Assembly: GCA_004431415.1 (NCBI GenBank)
Contig: QPMI01000186.1
Location: 120,736 to 184,735 of the forward strand
Direction of reading: 5' to 3'
DNA: 64,000 nt
Origin: Cyanophora paradoxa CCMP329
Taxonomy: Eukaryota > Plantae > Glaucophyta
The stretch's first letter is position 1, and each line of letters starts with the position of its first letter. The notes under the pieces are model-generated. The model was not told the DNA's origin. It saw nothing but the letters and a program-made list of their open reading frames with translations, and did not search any database. Shown one piece after another: positions 1 to 13,167 of the stretch. The translations under genes and the position numbers were made by a program.

Positions 1-23
1 CAGCCCGCCGACGCGCGCGCAGG

Positions 24-1363
24 CTACCCTATCAAGAGCTGCGCGGGCCTCCCGATGAGGGAGGCCGTGCTAGGCCCGCGCGGCTTTCTGAACGACCGGT
101 TGTACATGTGGGTTGACCACGTGCGCGGGCACCGCTCTGGCATGGCGCCTCGCGCGCGCTGAGGCGGCGCCGCCGCGCAGGCCGGCTCGTTCATCACGGC
201 CCGGACGTTCCCGGCGCTCACGCTGGTCGGGGTGATCGTCTTCCCGCGGCCGGGCGGGGGCGAGGAGATCGAGCTCTCCGTCCCGTCGCTCAGCGAGCAG
301 GGCGGCCCGAAGACGATCCGCGTCCCCGTCGTCGAGCGCGGGCCCACGACGAGCGTCCGCGTGTGGAAGGACCTGTGCGAGGCCGGTGCGCCCCGCCCCG
401 CCCGCTTCCCCCGCCCCCGCTGAGCCCCCCTCAGTCGACCAGGGCGACGCCGCCGCGCGCTGGATCCAGGTGCCCCGCCCCTGCCCCGCCCCGCCGCCCG
501 CCGGGGCTGGCTGAGCGCGGCGCGGCAGTCCTTCCTGAAGGTGCCGGGCCTGCGGCTGGTGCGCATGGCGGAGGGCCACGTGCGCCCCGTCGACAAGGAG
601 CGCAAGCACCTCGCCGCGCCCCCCGGCGCCATCTACCAGGTCGCCCCTTCCCCCTCCCCGCTCCCCCCCGCTTCTGAGCGGGGCGGCAGACGGGCTTCAG
701 CGACGCGTACCCCGTGCTGCTGGCGGCGGAGGAGAGCCTGGCGAGCCTGAACGCGCGGCTGCCGAAGCCGGTGCCGATGAACCGCTTCCGCCCGAACATC
801 GTCGTCCGTGGCTCGCGGGCCTTCGCCGAGGACCGCTGGCGCCGCATCCGCATCGGCGGCACCGAGTTCCAGGTGCCCATCGCCCGCCCCGCGACGCGCC
901 GGGCCCGGGGCGGCGGCGGCTCTCCCCTCGAAGCCCGCCCGTCTGAGCTTGCGCCCCGGCGCAGGTCTCGAAGCCATGCGACCGGTGCAAGATGACGACG
1001 GTGGACCAGGTGCGCCGCGCCTCGTCTCTTCGGTTTGGTAGTCTAGCCGCGCCGCCCTGGGCGGGGGCGCGCCCCGGGCCGCGGGGGCGCTCTGCCGGCG
1101 GCCTCACGGGGGGCGGGGCGGGGCGGCAGGAGCGGGGCGTCTTCGACGGGGAGCAGCCCCTCAAGGAGCTCGCCGCCTTCCGCAAGGTGCTGCACCCCTC
1201 CTCCTCCTCCCCCACCCCTCCCTCCAGGTGTTCGAACGCCTACCCCCCGGCCCCGCAGCTGGACCCGTCGACGCCGGATAAGGTCTACTTCGCGATGAAC
1301 CTGGTGCACGAGCGGGCCGGCGGGCGCATCCGCGTCGGCGACAAAGTCGTCCTCCTCGAGTAG
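24..1363 (+). CDS. MOSC-domain molybdenum cofactor protein (mARC/YcbX-like), 5' end outside window, multi-exon
   Basis: Spliced peptide YPIKSC..NDRLYM..FITAR..FSDAYPVLL..SLASLNARL..PMNRFRPNIVV..FAEDRW..KPCDRCKMTTVDQ..YFAMNL..GRIRVGD*, with GT-AG introns such as 121-180. Confidence 0.9.
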
Positions 1364-1615
1364 TCCTGTCAGCCGCACGGCCCCTTGTAGTAGTTTACGC
1401 GCGGCGTAGATGTAATAGTGCATTGCAATTGCGTCTTTTGCGTGTCGATATAGTCCAATTTCCGTTCTGCTGCCCCTCGAGCTCCACCGCCTGCTGCGGC
1501 TGGCGGTCAAGACCCTCGGCCCTCCCACCTCCGCCCCGCGGGCGCCAGCTCTTCATGATAATGCCCGGCATACGTTACGAGGCGCGCGGGGCGGCTGCTG
1601 GCTAGGGGCTACAGG

Positions 1616-3451
1616 CTATACAAAGAGCTCGGGGGTCTCGTTCTCGAGGAAGAGGAGCGTCTGCTTGACGCCCGCCGACCACTGCTCTAACCGCGTCTTC
1701 AGGTGCGAGATCTGCGGTGCGGGCGGCGATGAGGAAGGGCAAAGGAGGGGCGGGAGGGGGTAGGGGGCGGGCCTGGTCCGAGTCCAGCACGCGGGGCTGT
1801 ACCCAGTCCACGCGGAACACCTTCTCGACCTGCGCGCCGGCCGGTGTCAGGCGCGCGCGGTGGGCGAAGAGGGGAGCGGTGGAGGCGCGCCTCGTCGATG
1901 GAGCCGCGGAGGAGCTTGAGGGAGAGGGCCCGCATGAAGAGCATCTCGACCTGCGCAGGCGGGCTCGCCGCGGCGCGGGGCAGGCGGGGCGCCAGCGCGG
2001 GCGACTTGCCTCGTTGAGCGGGATGCGCGCCGCGTCGGCGACGACCTTCGCCGCGGAGGCGCGCGCTCAGAGGGGGGTGCACGCATGGGCGAGGGGGGAC
2101 TGGGGGGGGGGGGGGGGTACCTTGAAGGGGACGTTCCGGTCCTCGGCGCCCCTCCTGAAGATGAGCTCCATGAGGCACAGGATCGTGATCTTCTCCGTGA
2201 GCAGCGCCTGGTTCGCCACGAGGGCGGGCTGCGAGGGCAGCGGTCATCCGGCGCCGATCGGTGCGAGGCCGGCGGCGGCGGCGGTGGCGAGGCACCTGGG
2301 CGTTCATCTGCTGCGCGTGCGCCTGTTTGATGCGGTCGTACTCGGGAATGTTGCCGGCGTTGAAGGCCTTCAGCAGGCGGGCGAGCCACTCCTCCGGGGT
2401 CCCGGTCAGGAGCTGAAAGATCGGGTGGCCGAGCTGCGCGGGCACGAACGCGCGACTCAAGCCGATGCGCGGACGAGCGCGTCGCCGAGGTGCGCACCAG
2501 CTCGCCGAAGTTGTAGATGCCCTCGCCCACGAGCGCCGCAATGCCGAGGTCGAACGCGAGCTCCTGCTTCTCTTTTTGCGGGATCGACTCGAGCGGCGTG
2601 TAAGAAAGGAAGAGGAGCGCGTTCTTGTAGAAGTCTGCAGGAGGCCCGACCACCTGTCGTCCGTCTCAAAGAGGACGGCCCATTCGTTTTTCCCGGGCCG
2701 CGGCGGGGCCGCACCTTGTGGTAATCGGACACGAGCCTGTAGAATGCTGCGCTGACCGCCACCTCGGGACCAGCAATGGAGTCCAGCACCTTCTGCGTCT
2801 CCTCGATGATGGACTTGGTCTCTCCCATGATTCCCGCCTTCCGCTTTAGCTGCGCGAGCTCCACGCGGCACAGGACCAAGGCCTCCTTGTTCGCAGAGAC
2901 CTTGTCGGCCAGCTGCACGAAGAAAGCGACCGCGGAATCGCTGTCTGCGGGCCGAGGAGCGTACGCGGTCATGCCAGGTCGGGCGGGGCGCCTCGAGCGA
3001 GCGCCGAGCGCGCGCGTACCAGGAAGCTGGCGCGAGATGATGGTGAGGATCTGCACGAGCCGGACGGGGTTTATCTTGCCCTCGAACTCTTTAATGAACT
3101 TGTAGTACAGGTCAACCAGGTTCTCGCCCGGCTGCGCCGGCAGCTGTACGAACTCCAGCAGGGAGTCTGTGAGCTGATGCCATAGCCTGTACGCGAGGGG
3201 TGCAACCCGCAGACGTCAGCGGCGCGTGGAATGGCTCGGGAGAATGGGAGGGTGCGGGAGCGCTTGGCGTCATGCACGGCGGCTCGCCGCCGTCGCGGAC
3301 GCTAGAGGTGCTAGCCCGCCGATATAGCGGCGAGCGGCAGGAAGGGAAGGCTGAGCGGTGCTCACTTGCGTCTGTGCAGGTCCGCCAACTTCGAATACGC
3401 CTCTCCCTTCGCGGGATACGACATGCGCTGTGATTCCGCCCAGTCCGCCAT
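1616..3451 (-). CDS. RPN9: 26S proteasome lid subunit RPN9/PSMD13, about 10 exons
   Basis: [90 protein letters not shown]; stop TAG at 1616-1618. Confidence 0.95.
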
Positions 3452-3682
3452 TCTTCCGACAGCTTGCTGCAGACAGCCCTATACCCCCTCCCCAGCTCTA
3501 CCCCCAAGCCAAACAGGGCGGCCGAGAACGAGCTAGCAGGACATCAGTCGACAGCTTCAAACCGCGGCATAGCACGCACTGCAGCAACTGGCGTAGCCGC
3601 GCTGCTTGAAGCTAGCGGGTTGGCCGGGCGTGAGGCGTGGCGGATCTGGACTGAGTAGGAGAGCTCAGCGGCGGCTGCGAGC

Positions 3683-6600
3683 ATGGTGCCGCCTCCAGTG
3701 AGCATACCGGATGATGCAGAGCCCGCGCCGCCGCCCATCAAGACGACGCGCGAGCCGCCCTCGGGCATTGAGCCGCTCTTCTTCACCTCGACAAGCCAGG
3801 AGCTATTCCACATAGTCACGGGCAAGGTATGCAATCGCCTGCTTGGAGCAACGACAGGCTCTGGGCCTGCCTGGCTTAGCTCTGCCCTCGCACCCGCGCT
3901 CAAACGCGAGACCGACGCCGGGGCCCGCGTACAGGATGTGACGAAGGAGAACCCGCATAAAAACATTCCGAAGAAGGATATCCTGGACGATATCCAGTTC
4001 CGAGGCGTGATTTCCGACTTCCACCCCGTCAAGGAAAAAGTCAAGGTCCGCGCCCCGCAGCTAACGCGCCCCCGCTGCCCCCAGCGCCGAACGCGCCGTC
4101 CAATCGCAGGACTATCCGGGGGACGACTTGCTCATCGTGTTCGATGACGAGGGGCTGTACGATCAGAACTTTTACCTCTGCGTAACTCCGGAGGCCCGCG
4201 AGAAGGAGATATGGGTGCGCGGGGCCGCCCGCTGGGCCGCCCGCTGGGTCGCCCGTCCTTGTGTACGCAACGAATCTGCCGACGCTGACGCGGCCGCCAG
4301 CGGCTGGAGGAGCAAAGGAGAGCTGCCCTGGAGGGCCCGAAGGAGAAGCCCGAGAAGAAGGAGCGGACGAAGGGCTGGGTCTCGCTGGGCAGCGAGAAGG
4401 AGATCGAGGAGGAGCGCGTGGTGAACAACCGCGACCTGGTGCGCATCCGGCGCTTTCCGGCCCCGCCCCGCCAGAGCGGAGCCGGGGGAGGGAGCGAGCG
4501 AGCGGGCGAGCGGGGCGCGGCAGATCGTGGTGCTGGTCACACGGAAGCGGCGGGACTTCGGCGCCTCGCACAAGTTCCAGGACCGCGACGCCAACGACGC
4601 CTTCTACGAGCAGGTGCCCCGCCGCCCGGCCTGGGGGATCGCGCCCCGCCCGCCCCCCGACGCCCGGCGCCCCCGCCCGCAGCGCCCCTTCAAGGACCCG
4701 AACTTCGAGCTGCGGCGCATGGAGCACGACATGGCGGTGCAGGTGCAGGCCTCCGTCAGCGAGAGCGCCACCCAGACGACCTGGTGCGCGCGTGCCCCCC
4801 GCGCCCCGCGCCCCGGCAGCGGCGGGGAGTCGAGGGGCGGACCCCCCGCAGGAACCGCAAGGTGAACAAGATCATACAGTACTCGAGCCTGGACGCCGAG
4901 CGCGTGGACAAGAACAAGGTAGCGCCCGCCCGCCCCCGCTCCGCGGTCCGCCTCAGATCGCCGGCCCCCGCCCCTCCCCGCCCCGCAGGTCCTGCAGTCG
5001 GACCCTCTGACCGAGTTCCTGCACACGGTGGCGAACCGGTGCGTGGGGCGAGGCGGCGCCCTGCGCGCGTGTCAAGCGGGGCGGGGGCGGCAGGGCGGAG
5101 GAGGCGCTGCAGCAGAACGAGACGATGAACATCTACGAGGACGACTTCGAGGTGCTCGCCGAGGAGGACACGACCATCGGCAACAAGAACGACAACCACA
5201 TCAAGGCAGGGCCCCCCGCTCCTCCTCGCGCGCCGGCGGCGGGCGGGCGGGGGCTGACGGGGGGCGGCGGGGGCGCGCAGGAGGCGTACAGCTTCACGGA
5301 CATCGCGTACAAGTCGAAGCTGATCTCGTGCATCGACTGGATGCCGCAGGCGCGCGGCGTCGTCGCCGTCTCCTGCGTCGAGGCCGCCAACTTCGACGGC
5401 CGCGTCGACATCTCCGGCAAAGTCCGGTCGTGCGCCCGCCCCGCCCCCGCGCCGGGTCCTCGGGGGGGGGGGGGCGGGGGCGGGCCTCCGACGCGCGGGG
5501 GCGGCGGGGGCGGGCAGGTCGGCGGTGCTGATCTGGAACTTCATCGACACCATCCACCCCCAGTTCGTGCTGGAGAGCCCCTCGGACGTCATGGTCTTCC
5601 GCTTCAACCCCAAGAGCCCCGACATCATCGCCGGCGGCTGCTACTCCGGCCAGGCCCGCCCCCCGCCGCCCCCGCGCTCCCCCGCGCCCGCCCCGCCGGC
5701 GCTGCTCCGCTGAGCGCCGGAGCAGGTGGTGATCTGGGACGTGAGCGCGGCGCAGGCGGCGCTCAAGTCGAAGGAGCAGCAGAAGAAGGACGAGGACCGC
5801 GGGCAGAGCGACGGCCGCGCGGTGCGCCCCGCCCGGACGGGGGGCAGCCGGCGGCGGGCGGGAGGCAGACGGGCGCCCCCGAATAAAAACGCGAGGGCAC
5901 ATACCTTAGCTGCGGATGCCGTTCTGGGCGCCGCCCACAGCGCCTCCGCTGCCACCTTTCCCGCCGGGCGCGCTCGGACGCTGACGGCGCGGGGCGGGGG
6001 CGCAGCCGGTCATCAAGGCGCAGATCGTGTCGAGCGCGGAGACGAGCCACAAGGTCCCCGTCGCCGACCTCCACTGGCTACCCCCCTCCTTCGAGGCCCG
6101 CCCGCCCGCCCCGCTCCGCCCCGCCCCGCCCCGCCCCGCCGCCGCTGAGGAGGCCCGCGCAGATCAACGCGAAGGGGAAGATCATGGAGAAGACGGACGC
6201 GGCGGGCGGCCTCGTCCAGCAGTTCGTCTCCACCTCCGCCGACGGCGCCGTGCGCCCCCGCCCCCGCCCCCGCTCCCCCAGCCCGGCGCCGACGCCTGCG
6301 GCGGGGCAGGTGCTGGTGTGGGACCTGCGAGTAGCGAAGAAGGAGCTGGCGGCGCGGCCGGTGGACCCGGCGTGGAACCCGACGTACGAGGCGCCCCTGA
6401 ACCGGGTGGACGGGACGCAGGGCCTGATGGGCCCCCTGGCCCTCGCCCTCTCGGCGGACCCCGCCAAGGAGAAGGAGCTGCCGCGGGAGGCGATCACGCA
6501 GTTCGTGGCGACGACGGAGAACGGCGAGGTCGCCTCGGGGGACTTCGCCGTGCGCCCTGCCCGCCCGCCCCGCCCCGCCCCGCTCCCCTCGGCTGAGGGC

Positions 6601-7340
6601 GCGGGGCGCGGGCGCAGAGCCAGGTGCAGCAGGCGGAGGAGGACGAGCAGCAGGAGGGCGGCCCCGTGGCCGTCGGCGCCGCCAAGAAGGTGAAGAAGCC
6701 GGACTACATCCGCAGCGCGGTGCTGGGGCACGTGGGGCCCGTCATCGCGTGCCAGCGCTCCCCCTTCTTCCACGACATCGTCCTCACGGCCGGCGACTGG
6801 ACGTTCAACATCTGGAAGGAGGGCCTGCGGGAGCCCATCTTCACCTCCCCCTTCTCCGGCTCCTACATCACGGCGGCGCGCTGGTCCCCGACGCGCCCCG
6901 CCGTCGTCGTCACCGCCAAGGAGGACGGCGTCCTCGAGGTCCGGCCCCGCCCGCCCCCGCCCCGGGCACCCTCGCCCCGCCCGAGCCGGCCCCGCCCCGC
7001 CCCGCCCCCCGCGCAGGTGTGGGACCTGCTCGACCGCTCCCACGAGGCCTCCATCCGGGAGTCCCTCTTCTCGTACCCCATCACGAGCATCGAGTTCTGG
7101 ACCTCGTACACCTCGCAGGGGTCGGTCAGCCGGCAGCTGCTCGCGCTGGGGGACAACCAGGGGACGCTGCACATCTACGAGACGCCCCGCCCGCTGCGGC
7201 GGCCCGTGGCGAACGAGCGGGCCGTCATGCAGGGCTACTTCGCCCGCGAGGTCCGCCGCGTCGGCTACTACGAGGAGCGCCGCGAGATCCGCCTCCGCGA
7301 CAAGCCCTACCGCCCCCCCTCCGTCGACGACTCGGGCGCC

Positions 7341-7372
<32 letters not shown>

Positions 7373-7670
7373 CGGCAGCGGCGGGGCGTCGCCGGCGCCG
7401 GGGCAGCCGGGGACGGCGCAGCCGGTGGTGGACGAGGCGGCGGCGGCGCTGGAGCGGGAGGAGGAGGCGGCGGAGAAGGAGTACAAGAAGTACGAGGAGA
7501 AGCTCTTGAAGGAGCTCGGCATCGAGACGCCGGCCGAGGTCCCCCCCGCCCCCTCCCCCCTCCCGCCCACCTCTCCTCAGCCTTCGCAGCGGGCGGCGCG
7601 GGAGGCGGAGGAGGAGAAGCTCCGGCAGATGCAAGCGGCGGCGGCGGCGGCGGGCGGCGGCGGCGGATGA
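3683..7670 (+). CDS. DNAI3: Axonemal inner-arm dynein intermediate chain IC140/WDR63 (WD40), about 18 exons
   Basis: N-terminus PLFFTSTSQELF..DVTKENPHKNIPKKDILDDIQFRGVISDFHPVK..YPGDDLLIVFD resembles WDR63; WD repeats LIWNF, IAGGCYSGQVVIWD, QRSPFFHDIVLTAGDWTFNIW, WSPTRPAV, LEVWDLLDRSHE. Confidence 0.9.
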
Positions 7671-7774
7671 GGGGCCTGACCGCGGCCCTCCGTCCCCTTC
7701 TCCTCCCTCCCTTAGTAGCCGTAGCATCCCAACCTAGCGCCTGTCCCGGCCCTCCAATGCCACCGTCCGTCCCG

Positions 7775-8975
7775 TCACTTCGCTGCGGCGGGGAGGAGGA
7801 GGCCGGCGAGGCTGCGGTAGTACCCGTCCGCCTCCTTCTCCATCATCGCGGAGAGCTGCACGCGGTCGAAGCGGACCGCCCCGAAGCGGCGGGCGGCGTG
7901 CGGGGCCCACGTCTCCCGCCCGATCGACCCCGAGGCCGCCTGCACGCCCCCGATCAGACGTCGAAGCGCGGGGAAGATGTGAAGGGGGGCGGGCGCACGG
8001 GGGCGTGGCGCGGGGGCCGGCGGGCCTGGCGGACCTTCGCGAGGGTGACGTGCGGCGTGAAGCGGAGCCGCCCGCCGCCCTCCACGACCCCCGCCTCGGC
8101 GAAGCGCGCGTGGACCGAGTCTGCGCGAGACCCAGATGAGCGCGCGCGAGAGCCGGGCGCCGGTGGACGGGGAGGCTGGGAGGGACGGGAGCACCGACGA
8201 AAGCGCCGAGGGCGTCGCGCCCCGGCCCCTCCTCGACGCCCATCCAGACGACCCGGCTCCCGAACGCCCCGACGCCGCGCAGGATCAAATCCTCCGCCGG
8301 CGCCAGCCGCAGCAGCTCCTGCGGGACGGCTTGGGATTCGGTCTCCGACGCAATGCGGCATCAGGAAGCATCAAGCACGCGTACCTCGTCCTCGGCGCAG
8401 CGCTCCAGGACTTCGGCGGCAGCGGCCTTCTGCTCGTCGTCCTCGAGCCGGAAGACGAAGAGGGTCATGTGCAGCTGGTGGAGCGGGATGAGGTGCGGCC
8501 TGCAGCCCGGATCGCGCTCCACCATTCCGCGCTGCACCTCGTGCACGCGCTCTGCGTGCGAGCGTACGTATACGCCCGCGCGAGCCCGATCAGCGCAGCG
8601 CCGGCGCGTTGGCGCTCCGAGCGCACCGGATACGTTAGGGCACTCGATTCGCCAGGAGAGGAAGTGGTTCGGCCGCTTTCGCTGCTCATCCGACGATCCG
8701 GAGGGACGCTGATGTAAGCGCCTCGAGCCACGCTGCTCGCCCGTAGCCGCACGCGGGCCTGCTGCTCGCTGAACGCTCCAGACTCCGTGGGGATCGTCCG
8801 CTCTAGATCTTCGGCAAGCGCCCACGGCCGGCGTGCCGCGCTCACTCAAAAAACTGGCGCTCCGCCGAAGCGGACAGCTGGGTCGGTGATCCGGCCTGAC
8901 TGTGCGCCAGCTCAGCAGCGAGGTAGCGCGCAATAACCCGATCGCCCGAAGAGGGCCTGCAAAGGCCGGCGGCAT
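7775..8975 (-). CDS. 2H phosphoesterase, AKAP7/LENG9-like (2'-5' RNA ligase-like fold); possible transit peptide
   Basis: RPNHFLSWRI, two HxT motifs (LHMTL, FTPHVTLAK), GVGAFGSRVVW, C-terminal LSAM..DGYY; start ATG 8975 (MPPAFAG) is tentative. Confidence 0.8.
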
Positions 8976-9042
8976 TGCGAGAAATAGTGTACTCCGTTCG
9001 TTACCAGGGACCAGGGTCCAGGGTCCAGGCAGATCATCAGCT

Positions 9043-10712
9043 ATGGCGCAGAGGATGCTTCGTGTGGCCGCGCTCGGCCTCGGTGACATGGGCCGCGTGC
9101 ATGCGGAGCACCTGTCGCGCATCCGATCGGTGGATCTCACTATTTGCAGGTGCTTGTTGCCCTCGCTGCCTCCCCGCGCGAGGGCCCGGGAGCGAGCAAC
9201 TACGACTAGCTAACTGCGTTTCGCTCCCCGCAGCCGGCGCCGGGACATCGCGGAGGAGGTCGCCAAAAAGCTCAACGTGTCGAAGATCGAGACGGACTAC
9301 GACAAGGTCTTCCGGGACCCGAATATCGACGCTGTTGTCATCTCGACCGCCGTACGCAATCCCAGCGATCGGCGATCGGCGCTGCGCCGAACCGCATCCG
9401 ATGCGCACTCCGCGCGCAGTGCACAGAGCACGAGGAGCACATCATCAAGGCCGCACAGGGCGGCAAGCACATCTGGACGGAGAAGCCGCTGGCGTTCTCC
9501 CGTCCGGCTGTGACTGCGATCCTGGACGCTGTGAAGAAATCGGGCGTCAAGTTCCAGGTCGGCTTCATGCGCCGCTTCGGTGCGCGTCGCCCGCCCCGCC
9601 CCGCCCGTCCCCCGCATTTGATCTAGCTCCCAGCGCCCGAGTACGCCCTGGCGAAGCAGAAGATCAACGCGGGCGTCATCGGCAAGCCGGTCCGCAGGGC
9701 CTCGCCGATTGAAGCGGCGACCCCGCTCACGGTCCGGCAGGTGCTCTTCAAGTCCACCTCGCGCGACCCGTTCTGGCCCGAGAAGCAGGACGGACCCGGG
9801 TACAACTCCACCTTTCTCGACCTGGTACCCCCGCCGGACCCTCCCGTACCCCGGCGCCGGATCCGAGCGCGTACCCAGGCGGTGCACGACGTGGACCTCG
9901 CCCGGTGGCTCCTGAGCAGCGAAGTGAAGACAGTGTACGCCATCGGCGGCGCCCTCGTCTACAAAAAGCTCAAGGTACCCCCCTTCCACTTGACAGCCCC
10001 CCTCCCCTCTTCTTTCGCAGTCGCGGGTTCGAATCCGCGCGGCGCCGCGCAGGAGTTCGGCGACTGCGACAACGCCATCGCGACCTTCACGATGGAGAGC
10101 GGCGCGCTCGCCACTGTCGACTTCTCCCGCAACGCCCGGTACCCCACCCCCCTTCCGGATATCCCTGTACCCGCCATCCCTGAACCCCCCCCCCCCCGCA
10201 GGTACGGGTACCACGTGACGTCCGAGGTCCTGGGCGACAAGGGCTGCCTCCAGGCGCGGCGAGGGCCGGTGGGGGGCGAGGGGGCCGGGGCTGAGGCCCC
10301 GGAGCGCGCGCGCAGATCGGGGAGACGAAGATGACGAGCCTCCTCACGATGACCCCCGAAGGCATCTCGCACGGTGCGCCCCGCGCCTCTCGTGTTCAAA
10401 CAAAAGCGATCCCGGCGCTTGAGCGCTCGCGGGGGAGCGCCTCACGGGCGCGTGGCGGGCAGACGACCACCCGTGGTACATGGACCGCTTCCGCGCCGCC
10501 TTCCGCAACGAGATCGAGAACTTCATCGACAACCTCCAGGTCCGGGGGCCCCTCCTCGGGGGGCCCCGAGGGGTCTCTGAGGGGCGCGGGGGCAGACGGG
10601 GAAGGCCATGAGCCCGACGGGGGAGGACGGGCGGCGGGCGACCTGCGTCGGCCTCGCCCTCGTCGAGTCCTGGAAGACCGGCAAGCCCGTCGACGTCGAC
10701 TACTCCCTGTGA
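9043..10712 (+). CDS. Gfo/Idh/MocA oxidoreductase, inositol 2-dehydrogenase (IolG/IolX)-like, 11 exons
   Basis: GLGDMGRVHA Rossmann motif, DAVVIST, GKHIWTEKPLA, QVGFMRRF, TSRDP, HDVDLARWL, GDCDNA..DFSRNARYGY..EVLGDKG. Confidence 0.85.
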
Positions 10713-11164
10713 GGCGCGCCCGGCGGCCGGCGGTCCCCGCCACGCGCCCCGGTCGGGCCTCCTTCCTCACCCCCGCACCCCCGCAGACGCCTTCGCACAC
10801 TCCCTCGCGCGCCCCACCCGCCCCCTCGCACCCCCGCCAGTCGGTGCCCGTGAGCCGTTGAACCCGAACCGAAGCGCGCGGAAACGGGCGCGTGTCCGCT
10901 GCATCGGGGCGCACGCCGCGGCCGAGACGTCCCTGCACGCCCCGCACGCTGCCCTGCCCCGCACTCCCACCAGCTAGCGCTACAGCACGCGCACGCGCCT
11001 CCTCCAGTTGAAATCTCTCGCATGTCACTCGCTCATGATCAGAAGGCCTAGGATCGAACTGCCCCGCTAGCCCTGCGCTGCTCTGCCCCGATCTGCTCTG
11101 CTCTGTGCTGCGCTGCGCTACGCTACCTGACTGCCTGGGCCCGCCCTGGCCGTGGCCTGCGCGC

Positions 11165-13017
11165 TCACGCGTACGCCACCTCCCGCCCCGGCCGCTCCCC
11201 CCCGTCCTCGTGCCGCTCCCCTCGCGCCCCCGCCGCAGCCTCCGCCGCCGCCGCGCAGCACGGGCAGCCGCGCCCCTGCGCGACGGCCCCGCCGGTCAGA
11301 CAAGCAGGCGAGGGGCACCGTCGCGCCAGCGCGCGCGCCTGCTGGGTGCGCTGCAGCGGGCTCTGCCTCCACTCGTACGCGCAGCGGCGGCAGCGCCACC
11401 TGCAGAGGCGTCGGCCCCGGCGCCAGCACGGGAGGAGGGCAGCGCGTACCAGAGGAGGACGGAGGCAGAGGGGAGGAGCTGGGCCGGGGGCAGGGCGCCG
11501 CGGTTGAGGTCGGGGGCCCACTCGGCGGCGACGGGCGGGAAGCGGGCCTCGAGGCTGTTCCACCAGCTGACGACGACGCCGGCGCAGGCGGGGCAGCCCT
11601 TGCCCTGCCCCGCCCGCCCCCGCACCCCCGCCCGGTACTCGTGCCCGCACTCTGCAGCCCCGCCGGCCACGCCGCCCGCCTGCGCGCGCCGGCGTCGGCC
11701 GCCGGAGCGCCGCAGCAGAGGGGAGGGGCCAGGGCAGCCGGCTCCCGCACCGGAACGGGGACTGTCTGCCGGCAGCGCCACCTGCGGGGGCGCGCGCGTC
11801 GGCGGCTCAGGGGCCGGGCGCGCCGCCGGCAGCAGGCGGCGTTGAGGGCGAGGGAGAGGGCACCAGACTTTGAGCTGGGAGCCGGGGGCGACGGACTCGG
11901 CGGAGAGCGCGCCGTTCCTGCTCGGGTGCCACTCGGCCGCCAGCCGCGGGTGCGTCCAGAACAGCGGCGCGCTCTTCGCCCTCCGCCCCGGCCCCGGCCC
12001 CGCCTCCTCCTCCGCCCCCTCCGAGGCCTCTAGATCTTCGCCGGCCTCGTCGCGGGGGGCGGCGCGGCGCTCGAGGGCGCACTCGGGGCAGCCGCTGCCG
12101 CCGCGCCCCGTGCGCGAGTAGACGGCGGCCTCCCAGCGGTGGCGCCGGTCCGCCGCGCAGCGCCACGCGGCGACGACGCGCGAGCCGCGGGAGACCTCCG
12201 ACGCCGCGAGGCCGCCGTTCGCATCCGCGTCCCACTCGGCCGCCACCGCCGGCTCCGCCTCCGCGAGCGACTGCCCGGGCTTCGGCGGCTTGGGGCGCAC
12301 GCCCAGCGGGGAGGTCCCGGTCCGCAGGAAGAAGCAGCGCGGGCAGCCGGTGGGGCTGTCCGGTCGCGTCCGCGCGTGCACGTGCGCCTCCCACCTGCGC
12401 CGATGTTAGCGAGCTCGAATCGAATTCGAATCCTAGCGACGCACGTGTGGCCGCAGCTATGGCACTTCCAGACCGCCCGCAGCCGCGAGCCGCGAGAGAT
12501 GTCCGACGGCGTGAGCCTCCGGTTCATCTTCGCATTCGCTATCTTGTCCCACTCCCTCGCGACCTCCGGGTGCGTCTCTGCGAGCGACTGACCTGGTTTC
12601 GGTAGCGCTTGCCGCTTCCTTCGCATTCGCGCCGCCGCCGGCGAGGACGGTTCCACAAAGGCGTGCGCCTCGCTCGAGCTCGAGTAGGATCGAGTCAAGA
12701 GTGCGGCCGGCGACGTGGGGAGCGCGGCAGTTGACTCTCCCCGGGCTGGGCGGCGAAGCAGCATGCGCACGGTCAAGGACAGGGCGCGGGGCGGCAGAAC
12801 GTGGCGCACGCTGTGATGCCAGCGCGTTGGCGCGCACGTTCCTCCAGATCAAAGCTATCCGCGAGATCGCACTGCCGCGGCCCGGCGCTGCCACGCTCGG
12901 CGGCTGCAGCGCGAGCGTCGCTGGAGGATATCGGGCCACCGCACGCGTCGCCGCTGTTGCTAGCAGCCTACGGCACTGCGGCGGCGCTCGCAGCGCCAGC
13001 GCTGGCGCCGACGACAT
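11165..13017 (-). CDS. Treble-clef zinc-ribbon (DUF4379-like) repeat protein with Arg/Ala-rich presequence
   Basis: Repeats of SLAETHPEVAREWD..N..LTPSDISRGS...WKC..CGH.W......R....GCP.C; start uncertain. Confidence 0.8.
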
Positions 13018-13167
13018 CGCCGCCGCCCCCTCCGGCAGCAGCCGCGACGACTGGTTTTCACAGCAGACTTTTGAGTCAACAAGAATGACGCGCGCTCATC
13101 GGCCCAGGCGGACTCGAGAACTCTGTACCCCAGACAATCAACGCATACCCCATCCACTGTCCGAAAA

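Noticed and set aside
102-110. tgtacatgt inside a MOSC exon as an in-frame scar
   Set aside because: It lies within the conserved DR.(Y/W)M motif with no sign of extra residues, so it is probably chance.
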